DNA of 37,786 bases. Origin: Octopus bimaculoides (lineage: Eukaryota). Shown here piece after piece: positions 36,438 through 37,786 of this stretch. Below the pieces are notes generated by a model. It was not told where the DNA came from, ran no database searches, and was given only the letters and a program-made list of their open reading frames with translations. The translations under genes and the position numbers were made by a program. The stretch lies in the NCBI RefSeq assembly GCF_001194135.2, contig NC_068983.1, positions 35,602,920-35,640,705 of the forward strand, in the 5' to 3' direction. Numbering within the stretch: the stretch's first letter is position 1; every line of letters starts with the position of its first letter.

Positions 36438-36660
36438 GATTCAAGGTTGAATATGGTACTTATGCGTAGGCACCCGAATATCGTATCCCAAAAGGATAGG
36501 TGATCAAAATCAAAAAACAAGCAACACGGATTTCAAAGGTGATTGCAGTACGCACGTTTCATGCTACTCCAATTTATTTAAGTAATGCGAGCATTACATT
36601 AAATGCAATATGAAGAGCAATCTTCAGCTGCACGAAAATGCAGAAAATTACTGTAGAAAA
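36438..36660 (-). mobile_element. Penelope-like element terminal-repeat fragment carrying the hammerhead
   Basis: CpG-rich island in AT-rich intron, abutting (TA)n; minimal hammerhead architecture typical of PLEs. Boundaries approximate. Confidence 0.5.
36544..36632 (-). ncRNA. Type I hammerhead ribozyme motif (Penelope-like retroelement type)
   Basis: Minus strand reads UGCAG-CUGAAGA-stem II (UGCU/AGCA plus UUC/GAG, long loop)-GAAA-C GUGC G-UA|CUGCA. Stem I 5 bp, all core nucleotides, GUA cleavage triplet, 2-bp stem III. Confidence 0.75.
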
Positions 36661-36698
36661 GACATATCTACATGTATATACTCGCAGAGACACACACA

Positions 36699-37400
36699 CA
36701 TCATCATTTCACATCTACTTGCCATGCTGGTATGAGTTGGATACTTTGTCATAAGCTAATAAGTTAGTTTTTATCCAAAGTCAACACCTCATCTAAATGG
36801 TTCAAAAAACCAGGTCTTGTTCATATGCTCCATTTTTGGTATGATTTCTATATTTGGATGCTCTTTTTAACAGCATATGATGAGAGAGTGCAGAATGATA
36901 GGGATTGTGATTGGAGGGCATTGAATATGAATATGGGTGGCATGGTACAGTGATAGAGAGATGAAAGGATATCAAATGGGTGAGAGCAGGAAGCAGATGA
37001 TGACTTAACAGGAACATAATGGGTGTCCCATGTCTTCCCAAGTTTCCCATTTCCACAGGTTCCACTCACTTTAGGTATCTGTTACTTCTTCATGCAGCTG
37101 TCAGTTTTTGTACATATCACACAGTCATACTAGTGTAGCCTTGTCGTTTGCACATTACATATAATTCTCCTTATATCCAGTTTCTCTCTCCGCTCATTTG
37201 TATAACAACGTTCATGCACACAGACATGACACATCCATCAAAGCGTGTTTAACTAATTTCTTTCCAGCCTTCACGTATTCTCCGCATTCAAAGTTGTTGT
37301 TTTGCTACCATGTAGTATCACACTTCATACACAGGCATCATGAAATAACTCAGCATTTGGAGAGAAGTAACTCTCTTATCAGACTTCTACTTATTTCTTG
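36699..37400 (-). mobile_element. Old RTE LINE 3' fragment
   Basis: (CAT)n...CCATGCTGGTATGAGTTGG 3' UTR and TTCCACAGGTTCC C-terminal coding remnant, collinear with 8398-9000. Confidence 0.75.
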
Positions 37401-37506
37401 CTCTGGCAGATGCACTTGTGGAAAAAACACTCACCTCCACTGCTAATTAGGTCAACTAGGTAACAAAAGTCATCAACTACTTAGCATTTGAAGGAATTTA
37501 TCTTAT

Positions 37507-37786
37507 ACTAGCAGAAATACCTGGCGTTGCCAGGGTTAGGGATTCACACAGACAGACAGACAGACGCACACACACACATTCCCAATACATGTAGGATTCC
37601 TCACCATACAGGTGACAGGCACAGCTGTAAGATGCATTACGGATCTATAGCAATTGGAAGGGCATGACCCAATTGAAATAACAATGTGTGACGTTTGGAG
37701 TAAAGGGAAATGAAAGTGTCGCCTCTGGAGTTTGCAAATGACCACTATACCGATAGGTAACTGTGCAGACAAAATTTACAATCGAT
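37507..37786 (+). mobile_element. Probable Helitron/Helentron-related non-autonomous element 5' end
   Basis: T^ACTAG start, hairpin CCTGGC-GTT-GCCAGG (37520-37534), then (CAGA)n/(CA)n; runs off the window edge. Confidence 0.5.

Noticed and set aside
37420-37460. Strong donor-like GAG|GTGAGT on the minus strand as the missing Csk SH2 exon end
   Set aside because: The phase-0 frame needed to join HYEKD has an upstream stop and does not read like SH2 (expected ...FENLxQLVE).

Overview
AT-rich, repeat-dense eukaryotic DNA, not prokaryotic. The SINE/LINE repertoire and microsatellite-flanked N gaps look like a short-read octopus assembly (inference). One host gene is clearly supported: the 3' part of a C-terminal Src kinase (Csk) gene on the minus strand. 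Its seven GT-AG exons between 33013 and 20458 splice into one open frame of 891 nt (296 aa plus stop), running from the end of SH2 through the whole kinase domain; no SH3 or upstream SH2 exon was found in the window. The rest is mostly transposon debris: RTE LINEs (one family with a PHD-like finger inside the RT), two R4/Dong LINE ends, a CR1/L2-like end, a mariner remnant, tRNA-derived SINEs with clean target-site duplications (TSDs), hAT, Tc1 and piggyBac-type MITEs, and Helitron/Helentron-like termini. The most interesting signal is a type I hammerhead ribozyme motif at 36544-36632, in sense orientation in what is probably a Csk intron. Several fold-back structures around Csk exons could also form dsRNA. 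Family assignments come from motif recognition only; no database search was run. Four N gaps (5244-5720, 10702-10843, 16356-16432, 18711-18720) hide sequence.
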